A stretch of DNA of 64,000 nucleotides from Macrostomum hystrix (taxonomy: Eukaryota; Animalia; Platyhelminthes): the NCBI GenBank assembly GCA_950097015.1, contig CATNEN010000024.1:4712001-4776000 (forward strand). Direction: 5' to 3'. Below the pieces are notes generated by a model. That model had not been told where the DNA came from. It made no database searches and saw only the letters and a program-made list of their open reading frames with translations. Both the position numbers and the translations under genes were made by a program. Each line of letters opens with the position of its first letter. Positions within the stretch are counted from its first letter, which is position 1. Below are positions 34,992-47,459 of this stretch, in pieces.

Positions 34992-37153
34992 AAAATTCTA
35001 CACATTATTATGTACTAATTGATATTGCTTATCAAAAAGTCGATACGTGCTTCATGATTCTGGAAAGAAGTACAAGAATCCTGAAAACTACGTAAATAAT
35101 TTGTTTCGCTTCGTCAAGCTTTTTAATTTTAAGAAGTCACTTAAAATTCATATAGGACATTAAAGTTCATATATTTTCTTAACTATATACTTTACTATAA
35201 GTAGGAAGCGTTGCGAAAAAATGCTACACACTGCGAATTCACCATAGACGAGAAGGGCGTTAGTTTATGTGGCAAAGGTTGCATACAGTGTACGACAGCG
35301 GCTTAACAGCAGCAGCCGAGCGCGCTCACTTACAAACCCGTGTAAAATTTCTTCTCTTACGAGAAGAAATGAATAAACAACGAAACGGACGTAGGTCCAT
35401 GCAGTCTGTAAATAAAGCCTCGATTCGGAAGAAGAATGACACAAAATTGAAATCCTTTTTTTATTTCTAGTTTCTAAATTGAAATTTCTATTTGAAATTT
35501 CTAAAAGGAGAAATATCCGACTACTGACGAATGAACGAGCGCGCGTACCGCGGCTTCTACAATCTACAATGCCACAGTTTCTTAAAATGTGTACTGACGC
35601 TTGGCCAAGCAGCAAGTCAATCTGATAGTCAAAGGATGCTTTGAAACGTTTTGCCACACTCACCACTAGATCAGCGACATCCAGCTGACTAACCATCATT
35701 CGTTCCGCCTGCAGCGTAGATCTATAGATGCTACAATTTCATTGACTGCATTATTTCCGGTTGATGACAGTGTGATGCTTCAATATCAACGCAAAACGAC
35801 GCACTTAACGGTCCTCAACTGTAAATCAGCGTCTAATTCCACCAGAAGCTACCCTGGATGTCGACTGCATCAATACAGGGAACCATGCACTGCGGTGAAC
35901 AGCAGCCCATCGCAGACTATAGCGCTTCAAGTTTTTGTCGTCTCTCTCGTGTCAATGTAGTCTAGCGGTCTGTTGCAGTCTATTGTCTTGAAGGCTATAC
36001 TTCCTAACGACTATCGTTCTCAGTATTAAGGCTGATCGATCTCTCGGATTCCTCTCTCTGAAGTCAATGAAGATAGAACTCAAACGCAGTAAGTTTGTAT
36101 TAAATTGCTAGCTTAATAGAACGTAGAGATGACTCTCTAACAAAAATCAGCGGCGGACCTTTTTCCCGCGCTCCGCTTCGATTTATATATTGTTTGAAAA
36201 TCACTCACTTGGGAGGGTGATACAACTTTATCAATCAGAGCGCTTGGTGATAATGGGTCGAGTGGGGTCGCAGCCCCGATTCCAAATCAGCACAAAACAT
36301 TCGAATACTTGGTTGGCAGGCACGCCAACCCCTGTCCTATGGAGGGCGGGTCAAAGGCCTAAAGCGTTAGTTGAGTTAGAAGATTGCCCGTTTCTATGGA
36401 ATCCCCTTTATCTAGTGTTTGTTTGTCACTGTCCCTCCGTCGCTCCAGGTCTTCTTGGGCGGTCCCGGCCTCTTCCAGGTCTCATCTCCAGATAGGGCTC
36501 AGGCAGGCTCCGATGTTGTAGGCATGGCCGGGCCAGGTCGCGTCAGGCCGTGCCAGGTCGGGTGAGTCCGGTCGGGTCCATGTCACGTTGGACCTACGTC
36601 GGGCAGGATCGGGTCAGATTAGGCCGGGCCGTGTCATATCGGACCATACCAGGTTGAGTTGGACCGGGCCGTGTTGCGCTGAAATGCAAGTGAAAACTCG
36701 GGGCGAGTATTTATCTAATCTATCTATTCTTAGTTGCTTGACCTCTAGGCGAAAGTTTTCTCTCGAGTTCTTTTCAGATTTCTAAGTCTTATACAGACGG
36801 ACACCGAGTCAACGAAGCCAGTTGCAACCAGTCGGCAAACCCATCGCAAATCTCGTCAGCATCAGGTGCAGCCTCAGTCAGCCGATGGCAGAAACAATAG
36901 GACGATGAAGGCTATGATCAGGTCATCACTCATCAATGAAGACGACGCTAGTGCAGATTCTGTGCTAGTCGTAGTTCGGCGAACGGCCTACAGGGCATGA
37001 TCTGGGCGCCAGCGAGCAGTTCACGAGACTTGGCATCTGACTATACTCATCTGTTAGATGATGATCATCTATTTCTTCTTTCCAGAATCATGAAGCACGT
37101 ATCGACTTTTTGATAAGCAATATCAATTAGTACATAATAATGTGTAGAATTTT
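34992..37153. repeat. Perfect 79-bp inverted repeat (34992-35070 / 37075-37153) enclosing about 2.0 kb
   Basis: aaaattctacacattattatgtac...ctggaaagaag is the exact reverse complement of cttctttccag...gtgtagaatttt. Confidence 0.9.
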
Positions 37154-38125
37154 GCGTCTTTGAACCGACTGCACTAACGACTTACTCACTGCATGGCTTG
37201 TTGAACGATAGACTATATTTAACGACGCATGTGAAATCCACGATGCTCGTCGTCCCAATCACACATGACACTTGTGTTCATAGTAGTTGTTTTTTATTCT
37301 GCTATTTTGCGTGTTGATGGTTAAGTTGTGTCGGTGGTTCTTCTGCCCTTCTCGATTGCAGACTGGACAGACATTCGCAATTGCCTGGCGGACGTTAGCA
37401 TCGTCGAGATATTCAGCGATTATTGTCGAAGACCCTGATGATAAGGACAACTAAATTGCTTTGAAGAACCTCTAGGGTGAATCCATATTGGTTCAATTAC
37501 GTTATAATTAAGTTTTTAAATGAATGTAACAACTCGATTGGTGAATCGCTATCCCAACTCGATATTATACTCATCGCTTTTCTAGTTATAGTGACTTAGC
37601 CTTAAATCAAAAGATTATATTGAGTAAAAATACTACGCCAACTTTTAACTTGTTTTCATAAACTTGTATTAAAAATAATTGCTTTGTTTTATATAGTACT
37701 AGCCGGCAAATTTTATAGATAATAAATTTTGAACGGCTTAAATGTACATATATTTACAGACCGCTGATTGAGCTTTACAGGAAAGCCGTTTTAGTAGGAA
37801 CTATAACAGCTATTCTATATAAAGATATCTAGGTTTTTCAGGCTTATATTAACCATATTAAAGTTATTTCGGTATTGGCTAGTTGAGATTGAGTTATACT
37901 ACTTTGTTCTGCAAAAAAACATGTCTAGTTCTAGGAGCTGTAAATACCAGTGTTTAATATAGCTAGTTTTATATAATTGGCCTTATGCCCCTGCCCCTTT
38001 ATTACAGCGAAATTTGATTTTGCTGTCTTAAACCAAAATCAAGTTGCTGAAAGTTTCAGTAAGACATTTTTATTGAAACAATCTTTCATTTTATTGTCTT
38101 TCTTTTCAAGAACTAATAACCACAC

Positions 38126-41100
38126 ATGCAATTCTTCTGTTTAAGGATGGTAAGTTATAAAAACAAATTTGCTCTTTTAAATTAATTTATAAGGGGTCCA
38201 TGTAAATTTTTAAACACCAAACAGACCACTGTGGTCTGCAATGGACCGCAATAGGCTCCATTATGACTGAGGCAGTATTCTTTATAGTATGGCTTTCAGA
38301 AATTACTGACATTTTACCACGTAAAAATAGAGCTAACCTCACCACATGGTTATGTGCCAGCCATTACCATGCAGTAAAATTAGCAGTTTCTGCTCTACTG
38401 TCTACCACACTAGGCCCTATTAGAAAATAGACAATTTGGAATATACAATCACCCTTTAACTACCTACATTTCAAGCCTGAACTATGTGGCTGAGGGCTGA
38501 CTATGGTGGACTGTGTGGTGAACAATGTGGAATTTACCACACTATTCCTAATTATTATAATGGTTCTTATATAAATTTTGTATTGAATTTCAACCATTTT
38601 ATTTCTTGCCTTTTTTTGTTATAGTTAACAAACTACCTATAGCCCTAAAGTCAGGAAGGTGGCAGTGTGTGGTAGAAAATATTTGACCAGTAAAAAAACT
38701 CTGCATTTGTTGTGTTTTATTGACCACTGAAAAAACAACATTTGTGTGCCATGTGCTCACCTGAAACCAGTAAACCACTTTGTATGCCATGCAACAATGA
38801 AACACATTTTTTATCTAAATTATTTGAAAATAACTAATTGACAAAATAAGCTCTCTCTTTAAAAAGTTGAGTTATTTCTACAAAAAAGCAGACAATTTTT
38901 TATCAAACTATCCATTTTGTTTTTATATTTATTAAAAATTAGAGCCCAAATTTTAGCCATTTTTATATACAACAAAAGCCTCATTAGAAAGATGATCTGT
39001 TTATTTTTGCCTTATAATATTTAATTTTTAAGACTTTTTAATGACAAGCTTCATTTTAGCTTATGAGTATACTTACACCAACAGTAAAGTAAAATGAAAC
39101 ACAAGAATTTTGGCTAATTTTGTAGGAGTGTGTGCAGTTTGCTCATTGTATGAGCTTGTTCTGACCTTTGCGCCATTGTGCGCCACAAAAAAGGCAGTCT
39201 ACAAGTCTAAACAAAAATTATCAAATAAACTGCACCCTTCCTGAATATGGCTGTAGCCATTGGCCGTCAGTAGGCCTCTTTGTTATTGACATTTAAACTC
39301 ATTTTGATTATTAGAACTACAAATTTATAAAATGACTTAATTTAGAAATTTTATTTTTTGCTTCTTAAAAAAAGTTTATCTAACTAGCTATTTACAAGGG
39401 GTGTTGCAAAGTTTCCAGACTAATGCTTGTCATGGTGATAATTTTAGTCTGATTCAGCAAAAAAATTTAACAGACAAACAGGCAACTGTATTTTATAATG
39501 TTATAAAGTTTCAGAAAGTTTGGAGTTGTATGTCCAAAGTAATAAGCGATTGTACACTAGATTATTATAGTCATGAAATACGATTTCCAAGTTACAGCTA
39601 CCAATCACTGTCACTGTCGCTTCTATCGCCGGATGCGTCCACAGATTGATTGCTGGCTCACTCCATGTATTTGCCATTTTCGGAGATGCATTTTTGGTAG
39701 CACTCAATCAGCTTGTCAAAGCCAGACTCCCAGAAGCTGGCATCGAACTAATGTAGAGACTTGTTGGCTGCTTCAATAACCTCCTCACGCATTGTGAAGA
39801 TCTCGCCCTGCATTGCCATCTTCATTGGGCCAAAGAGGTGGAAATCGGTGATAGTGAGATTGGGACTGTAGACTGGGTGGTTCAGCAGTCGTTGGAAGCT
39901 GGCTTCCTTAGACCCGAACTCCAATGGATTCTTCAGTCAACTCATTTTCACTCACTTTTGGTTTGTGAAAAAATTGTGTCAACAGCTTCATAGGGTTGCA
40001 ACCTATTTTGGCCCTCAAGTATGCTGTGGTTGACTGAGCTGCATAAAATTTTAGGAAAAGTCTTTTCTACGGCTGAATACCATACATCAATTTTCAGCGA
40101 AATCAAACACAAATTGTCACCAGGATTAGCATTAGTCTGGAAACTTTTGCAACACCCCTTGTACATTAAAATTAATGTAAAACTAAAATACAGATTTCAG
40201 AATTTGACCCTAAGTTGTAACAAAGCACTTTGGTGACAGCTAGATTTTTTCTGAGAAACACTACACCATTCAACCATTTTAGTATCTTTGATAGATAGAC
40301 TGAAAAAAAATATATGAGATATTTCAATATCTAACAAAACATTATAAGAAATAGACATCTTTTTGTTACCTCATCTACCAAAAAGGTTATAACTTGTTTA
40401 AAAAATGCAACAATTGAACCATTTTTACATCTCATTGTGTTACATTCACTGTCAGTCCTGTTCTATTATTAAATTTAGGTTTGTGTTTTATTTTCTAGAA
40501 TTAAAATGTCCTTGATCAGTTTTTTCATTTTTCAATTTTAATTAAAAAAACTCCTTCTAATTTAATTTTAGGGTCAAAGTGGTTCACAATTAGAAAAGGA
40601 GCTGGCATCATCACTTAATGAGCACTATTTTGGATTGGTAAATGTAAGTTGCATTATTGGACTTGTACTTTTGTTGCTTGGGGCAGTGGTTTGTGTAAGT
40701 GGTTCCTCTCTCGATAGTAATTCTCCTATCTGGCTTGACATGTTAATGGGAGGTGATGATAAAACCTAGTTAAACATAAGACCTTGTTAGACCCTAAAGA
40801 ATCTGAGACTATTCAGATTCTCCCAGTTACCAAGCGAATGCCAACCCTCAAGGTATCGGAATTCGGATATGTTAAATTGGCTGATTTCAAATTTTTTGTC
40901 ATTCTGAAGACACTTTGTCTACTCATAGTAGTATTATTAAACAGCAGCCGCATTCTCCCCTTCGGTCCTGCAGTTTGGCAATACTTGCTATTGCAACTCT
41001 GTGCTGCAAGCTCTGTACTATACTATGTTCCGGGAGCGCGTACTAGTGTACAAGCAGCAGACTAAAGGCGGCAAGCGGGACTCGCTTCTCACAGCCCTGG

Positions 41101-43591
41101 CGGACCTATTTCACAGCATAGCATCGCAGAAACGCAAAGTTGGCACGCTGGCGCCAAAGAAATTCATTCAAAAGTTGAAACGCGAAAATGAAGCGTTTGA
41201 CAATTTTCAACAGCAAGACGCGCACGAGTTCTTCAACTATCTCATTAATCATATAGCGGACATACTAATTGAGGAGCGAAAGTCCCAGGTTCATTCCGGT
41301 CTTGGCTCCGGCGGCGGTCGCGGCACGCATTCCAAATCGGCGGCGGCAGCAGCAGCAGCAGCAGCCGCAGCAGCGACTGGCGCAGGCGAAGGTGCGCCTA
41401 ACGATGTCGCAGATCAGCCGTCGACTTTTGTCCACGAAATCTTTCAGGGCACGCTAACCAATGAGACACGCTGTCTGAACTGCGAAAATGTGAGTCTAAC
41501 AGGCTGAGTTCTTTAATTTGTGAAATTCGGAATTTAAAAGTTAGAATTATGGCTTTTTTAGAATTTTGATCCATAAGGGACACAGAGTGAGGCGTTTGAT
41601 TTTTTTATTAAGGTCCTAAAGGAATCCGAGTGGGACGTGTAATTTCGGGATTAAGATCCTAAGGGATTCAGAGAATGGTGTGGGATTTTTTTGGATTCAG
41701 ATAATGGTGAGGGATTTTTTTGGATTCAGAGAATGGTGTGGGATTTTTTTGGATTCAGATAATGGTGAGGGATTTTTTGGGATTCAGAGAATGGTGTGGG
41801 ATTTTTTTGGATTCAGAAAATGGTGAGGGATTTTTTGGGATTCAGAGAATGGTGTGGGATTTTTTTGAATTCAGAGAATGGTGAGGAATTTTTTGGGATT
41901 CAGAGAAGGGCGTGGGATTTTTGGGATTCAGAGAGGAGTGTGGGCTTTTGGAGATTCAGTGAAGGTGTGGGATTTTTTGGATTTAGAGAAGGGTGTGTGA
42001 TTTTTGGGTGTGGGCTTTTGGAGATTCAGTGAAGGGTGTGGGATTTTTGGGGATTTAGAGAAGGGTGTGGGATTTTTCGGGATTTAGAGAAGAGTGTGGG
42101 ATTTTTCGGGATTTAGAGAAGAGTGTGGGATTTTTCGGGATTTAGAGAAGGGTGTGGGATTTTTGGGATTCAGAGAAGGAGATTCACTTGTTTCTTTCAT
42201 ACAACGAGACCAGTTTTCATGTCGAGAGCGTAATTTCACTCTTCGCAAAAATTTGTTCAGGTGCGTCAAAAAGACGAGAATTTCCTTGACCTGTCAGTCG
42301 ACATTGAGCAGAACTCCAGCCTACTCAGCTGCCTAAAATGCTTCTCCAATCTGGAGACAATGCAGCACGAGAATAAATACTTCTGCGAGTTCTGCTCCTC
42401 AAAGCAAGAGGCTACAAAGCGGATGAAGCTGAAGAAGCTGCCCCTGGTCCTGGCGCTGCACCTGAAGCGTTTCAAATTCATCGAGCAAATGTCCCGCCAC
42501 GTGAAGGTGAATTCTCGAGTTGTGTTCCCATTGGAGCTCAGCCTGTCCTCCACCTTCGATGAGAGCAATCCTGAGCGCATCTACGACCTCGTCTCCGTGG
42601 TGGTCCACTGCGGCTGTGGCCCCAACCGTGGCCACTACATCACCATTGTGAAGTCACACGGCCTCTGGCTCTTGTTCGACGATGACATCGTTGAGGTGAG
42701 TTTAATAACAGCTTTACCGTTACACAATTTAGTTAAGTTCCAGATTAGGTTCTGGTCCACCTTCTCACTCTGATTAGGTTCTGGTCCACCTTCTGACCCC
42801 CAGATCAGGTTCTGGTCCACCTTCTCACTCAGATTAGGTTCTGGTCCACCTTCTCACTCAGATCAGGTTCTGGTCCACCTTCTCTCTTAGATCAGGTTCT
42901 GTTCCACCTTCTCAATCAGATTAGGTTCTGGTCCACCTTCTCAATCAGATTAGGTTCTGGTCCACCTTCTCACTCAGATTAGGTTCTGGTCCACCTTCTC
43001 ACTCAGATTAGGTTCTGGTCCACCTTCTCAATCAGATTAGGTTCTGGTCCACCTTCTCAATCAGATTAGGTTCTGGTCCACCTTCTCACTCAGATTAGGT
43101 TCTGGTCCACCTTCTCACTCAGATTAGGTTCTGGTCCACCTTCTCAATCAGATTAGGTTCTGGTCCACCTTCTCAATCAGATTAGGTTCTGGTCCACCTT
43201 CTCAATCAGATTAGGTTCTGGTCCACCTTCTCAATCAGATTAGGTTCTGGTCCACCTTCTCAATCAGATTAGGTTCTGGTCCACCTTCTCAATCAGATTA
43301 GGTTCTGGCTCATCCTTATAATGTGGTTCCTTATCTGCAGTAGAGTGGCCTCCATAAGCGAAGCTGGTTACAAATCAATTGCAGAAAATCGACCCGTCGC
43401 ACATCGAAGAGTTCTATGGCCTGGGCTCGGACTCACCGCGTAGTAACGACAGCGGCTACCTGTTGTTCTACCAGGCTAGGGACCCGGCCGCGGCCGCGGC
43501 GGCAGCAACAGCAGCTTCGGCAGCGGGTGCTGGCACAGCGGCCGCGGGTAGCGCTGGTCAATCTGCCCAATCTCAGCCTAGGCCCGAATAG
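38126..43591 (+). CDS. USP46/USP12: Ubiquitin-specific protease USP12/USP46-like, 5 coding exons (417 aa from ATG 38126; 410 aa from ATG 38147)
   Basis: Exons 38126-38149 (ends ATG|GTAAGT), 40572-40643, 40974-41489, 42261-42695 and 43385-43591, all phase 0. Cys box NEHYFGLVN|[21 protein letters not shown], His box [19 protein letters not shown] and GYLLFYQ. The first exon is less certain than the rest. Confidence 0.92.
39395..40161 (-). mobile_element. Internally deleted, decayed mariner (DD34D-type) DNA transposon in USP12/46 intron 1
   Basis: TA-CAAGGGGTGTTGCAAA...TTTGCAACACCCCTTG-TA, with TIR similarity over about 50 bp. Minus-strand 39658-39908 translates [20 protein letters not shown]...[31 protein letters not shown], the mariner C-terminus (YSPDL motif) with an internal stop. 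Confidence 0.9.
41660..42178. repeat. Degenerate minisatellite of about 29 bp, USP intron 3
   Basis: Unit gggattttttggattcagagaatggtgt drifting to gggatttttcgggatttagagaagagtgt. Confidence 0.85.
42740..43310. repeat. 29-bp minisatellite, USP intron 4
   Basis: Unit cagattaggttctggtccaccttctca(ct/at). Confidence 0.95.
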
Positions 43592-43657
43592 TATGAAAAG
43601 TTTTTAAATATGAATATTATGCCTCACATTTAGATATTCCTACTTATATTTATTCAT

Positions 43658-43663
43658 AATAAA
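43658..43663 (+). promoter_or_regulatory. Candidate polyadenylation signal of the USP12/46 gene
   Basis: AATAAA about 67 nt after the stop codon. Confidence 0.45.
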
Positions 43664-44329
43664 TATTACTCATGCACAATATTTTCAAGCGAGTGTCCAA
43701 GATTTAGTTTGAATTAGCATGTTTTATCTTTTAGCCTTTCAAAACTGAACCTACAATTACCAGTTGGATTTTTCTTCGGTGTTTTTTGTTTAATAAAAGT
43801 GCAGACGGCGACTATAGCCTTTCATTGATTATCACTTTGGCATCTGGCATGGCCATGATAATGTTTAAGTTAACTTGTAACGCATAGGACATTCATCTCA
43901 TCCTTTTTAGGCACTTGTCTGAGATGTAGAAAAGCGGTCAGAGAAAGGTGTTGACCCTGATTCTCTGGGACCAGAAGCTAGGAATCGAACGTCAATTCTA
44001 AGATTTTGTGCACATGTTGTTTTTAATCATAATATTTCTAAGAATATTTTTTATAATATGTTTAAAAAGGTTATGCACTACTCGCGGTAGAATATATACC
44101 GGTCGCTTGGCAACCAAAGTGCGAGAAATTACATTCGAGTTTAATGTAATCTTTGCTGCGCTTTGTTTGAAAAGTAATGGTGTGTAACTGTCAGTTTTTT
44201 AACAGTTAGCTTAGTCTATTTATATCAAATCGTTTTGTGCATTGTGCATTCTTTTCAAAATAAACTGATATATTATTTAATCAGATCGCTTAACTTGCTA
44301 GGTAACCTGGTATGATATTGTTCATCCAA

Positions 44330-45705
44330 TACATCCAATCAAAGCCGAGTATTCCTCATCCAATCAAAGCCGAGTATTCCTCATCCAATCAAAGCCAGAG
44401 TATCCCGTCATCCAATCAAAGCCAGAGTATCCCGTCATCCAATCAAAGCCAGAGTATCCCTCATCCAATCAAAGCCAGAGTATCCTTCATCCAATCAAAG
44501 CCAGAGTATCCCTCATCCAATCAAAGCCAGAGTATCCTTCATCCAATCAAAGCCAGAGTATCCCTCATCCAATCGAAGCCAGAGTATCCCGTCATCCAAT
44601 CAAAGCCAGAGTATCCCTCATCCAATCAAAGCCGAGTATTCCTCATCCTATCAAAGCCAGAGTATCCCGTCATCCAATCAAAGCCAGAGTATCCCGTCAT
44701 CCAATCAAAGCCAGAGTATCCCTCATCCAATCAAAGCCAGAGTATCCCTCATCCAATCAAAGCCAGAGTATCCTTCATCCAATCAAAGCCAGAGTATCCC
44801 TCATCCAATCGAAGCCAGAGTATCCCGTCATCCAATCAAAGCCAGAGTATCCCTCATCCAATCGAAGCCAGAGTATCCCGTCATCCAATCAAAGCCAGAG
44901 TATCCCGTCATCCAATCAAAGCCAGAGTATCCCTCATCCAATCAAAGCCAGAGTATCCCGTCATCCAATCAAAGCCAGAGTATCCCTCATCCAATCAAAG
45001 CCAGAGTATCCCTCATCCAATCAAAGCCAGAGTATCCTTCATCCAATCAAAGCCAGAGTATCCCTCATCCAATCAAAGCCAGAGTATCCCGTCATCCAAT
45101 CAAAGCCAGAGTATCCCTCATCCAATCAAAGCCAGAGTATCCCTCATCCAATCAAAGCCAGAGTATCCTTCATCCAATCAAAGCCAGAGTATCCCTCATC
45201 CAATCGAAGCCAGAGTATCCCGTCATCCAATCAAAGCCAGAGTATCCCGTCATCCAATCAAAGCCAGAGTATCCCTCATCCAATCAAAGCCAGAGTATCC
45301 CGTCATCCAATCAAAGCCAGAGTATCCCTCATCCAATCAAAGCCAGAGTATCCCTCATCCAATCAAAGCCAGAGTATCCTTCATCCAATCAAAGCCAGAG
45401 TATCCCTCATCCAATCGAAGCCAGAGTATCCCGTCATCCAATCAAAGCCAGAGTATCCCTCATCCAATCGAAGCCAGAGTATCCCGTCATCCAATCAAAG
45501 CCAGAGTATCCCGTCATCCAATCAAAGCCAGAGTATCCCTCATCCAATCAAAGCCAGAGTATCCCTCATCCAATCAAAGCCAGAGTATCCCGTCATCCAA
45601 TCAAAGCCAGAGTATCCCTCATCCAATCGAAGCCAGAGTATCCCTCATCCAATCGAAGCCAGAGTATCACTCATCCAATCAAAGCCAGAGTATCCCGTCA
45701 TCCAA
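44330..45705. repeat. 26/27-bp minisatellite, about 52 units
   Basis: Unit catccaatcaaagccagagtatcc(ct/cgt/tt). Confidence 0.97.
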
Positions 45706-46667
45706 TCAGAGCGAGGTTTCATTTATCCAGTCGAAGCCTAGCGTGCAAGTCAAGTTTTAGCCATTTAATATGTATTATTCGGTAATTTTGTGATAATTCT
45801 CTGAGATACAAATTTTGTAACACTCACCGCGTGTCTCTTTCTGTTTTCTAATTTAGATTTTGAATTGTTAAGCTAATCTTTGTATTTAATCACTTTTTGA
45901 GATATGTTTTCGCTTTTTTATTTGATAATTTTAATTTTAAGTACCAAGCGTTACTTTGATTGATCATTGTGTAAAGTACTCGTAAACTACTTTTACTAGC
46001 GCAAGTTAGTAGTAAATTCGTGTGACATGGCGCTGTGCACATGTATTAGCCCGGTTTATTAATATAGAGAAACCGTTTCTTTTTGTTAAACGAAGAAAAC
46101 AACTTGGATAACCAAATTGTTCATCTAGAAATTTAGGCAGTTTTTTAATGCGATTCCAATATCACTAAACACCGCTAGTAGGTTTCTGAGGTGAATTACT
46201 TTCATTTATGCATTGGTTGAACATCAGAAGAAAACATTTTTGTTATTATGAACTACAATCCTGAAACATCTCCTGTTTTCTTATTTGTCGGTTTGACTTT
46301 TTGTGCTAATGCTGAACGTATGCGTTAGTTTTGTGTCTTTTTATTGCGCTATCAGTTTGTGCTCTATTATTGTTTTAAATTTCCGTATGAGTAATTGAAC
46401 TGTTATAGTTGAAACAAATTTGCTTAGTTTAATTGATTGGTATATAAATGTGTTTGTGTATGTACTTGTGTGTCTGTGTTTCCGTGTTTGTGCACTGTGA
46501 CATTGTCAGACAGATTTAACTAAGAGTACACTCTAATATATAGCATATATATTTTGATGCCTTAGATTATAAAATTGTCAATAATACACGTGAGTTTGTG
46601 ATTGTTCCTTTTTATGTAGTTTGACATTTAAATGACTGCTGTATTTAAACATATCATTCGAAGGAAT

Positions 46668-47310
46668 TGGTGGGCTGCCTCACATATCAGTGAGAGGGGT
46701 TAGTGGGCTGCCTCACAGATCAGTGGTAGGGGTTGGTGGGCTACCTCACAGATCAGTGGTAGGGGTTGGTGGGCTGCCTCACAGATCAGTGGTAGGGGTT
46801 GGTGGGCTGCCTCACAGATCAGTGGTAGGGGTTGGTGGGCTGCCTCACAGATCAGTGGTTGGGGTTGGTGGGCTGCCTCTCATATCAGTGAGAGGGGTTA
46901 GTGGGCTGCCTCACATATCAGTGAGAGGGGTTAGTGGGCTGCCTCACATATCAGTGAGAGGGGTTAGTGGGCTGCCTCACAGATCAGTGGTAGGGGTTGG
47001 TGGGCTGCCTCACAGATCAGTGGTAGGGGTTGGTGGGCTGCCTCTCATATCAGTGAGAGGGGTTGGTGGGCTGCCTCACATATCAGTGAGAGGGGTTAGT
47101 GGGCTGCCTCACATATCAGTGAGAGGGGTTGGTGGGCTGCCTCACATATCAGTGAGAGGGGTTGGTGGGCTGCCTCACAGATCAGTGGTAGGGGTTGGTG
47201 GGCTGCCTCACATATCAGTGGGATGGGTTGATTGGCTGCCTCACATATCAGTGGGATGGGTTGATTGGCTGCCTCACATATCAGTGGGATGGGTTGATTG
47301 GCTGCCTCAT
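46668..47310. repeat. 33-bp G-rich minisatellite just upstream of caspase exon 1
   Basis: Unit gtgggctgcctcacagatcagtggtaggggttg. Confidence 0.95.
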
Positions 47311-47459
47311 CGTTTTTGTAGACCGGTGTCATGGTTATTAAGTTCATTAAATTTTATAGAATTTTTTTGTTTAATTGCAGCTGCTTGTCTGTTTATTAAG
47401 GTTCTACACGAAAAAGGACTTAAAAACAAACAAAGACAAAAAGAGGCAGCATCTAGAAC

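Noticed and set aside
40560-40643. USP12/46 exon opening with [10 protein letters not shown] in phase 0 looked like a third SL-AUG gene
   Set aside because: A good cis exon ending ATG|GTAAGT exists at 38111-38149 and splices in frame, so no SL AUG is needed.
44312-45760. 482-aa ATG-initiated Ser/Gln/Pro-rich ORF
   Set aside because: Mixed 26/27-bp units make the reading frame wander among three peptide repeats, so there is no sign of frame conservation.
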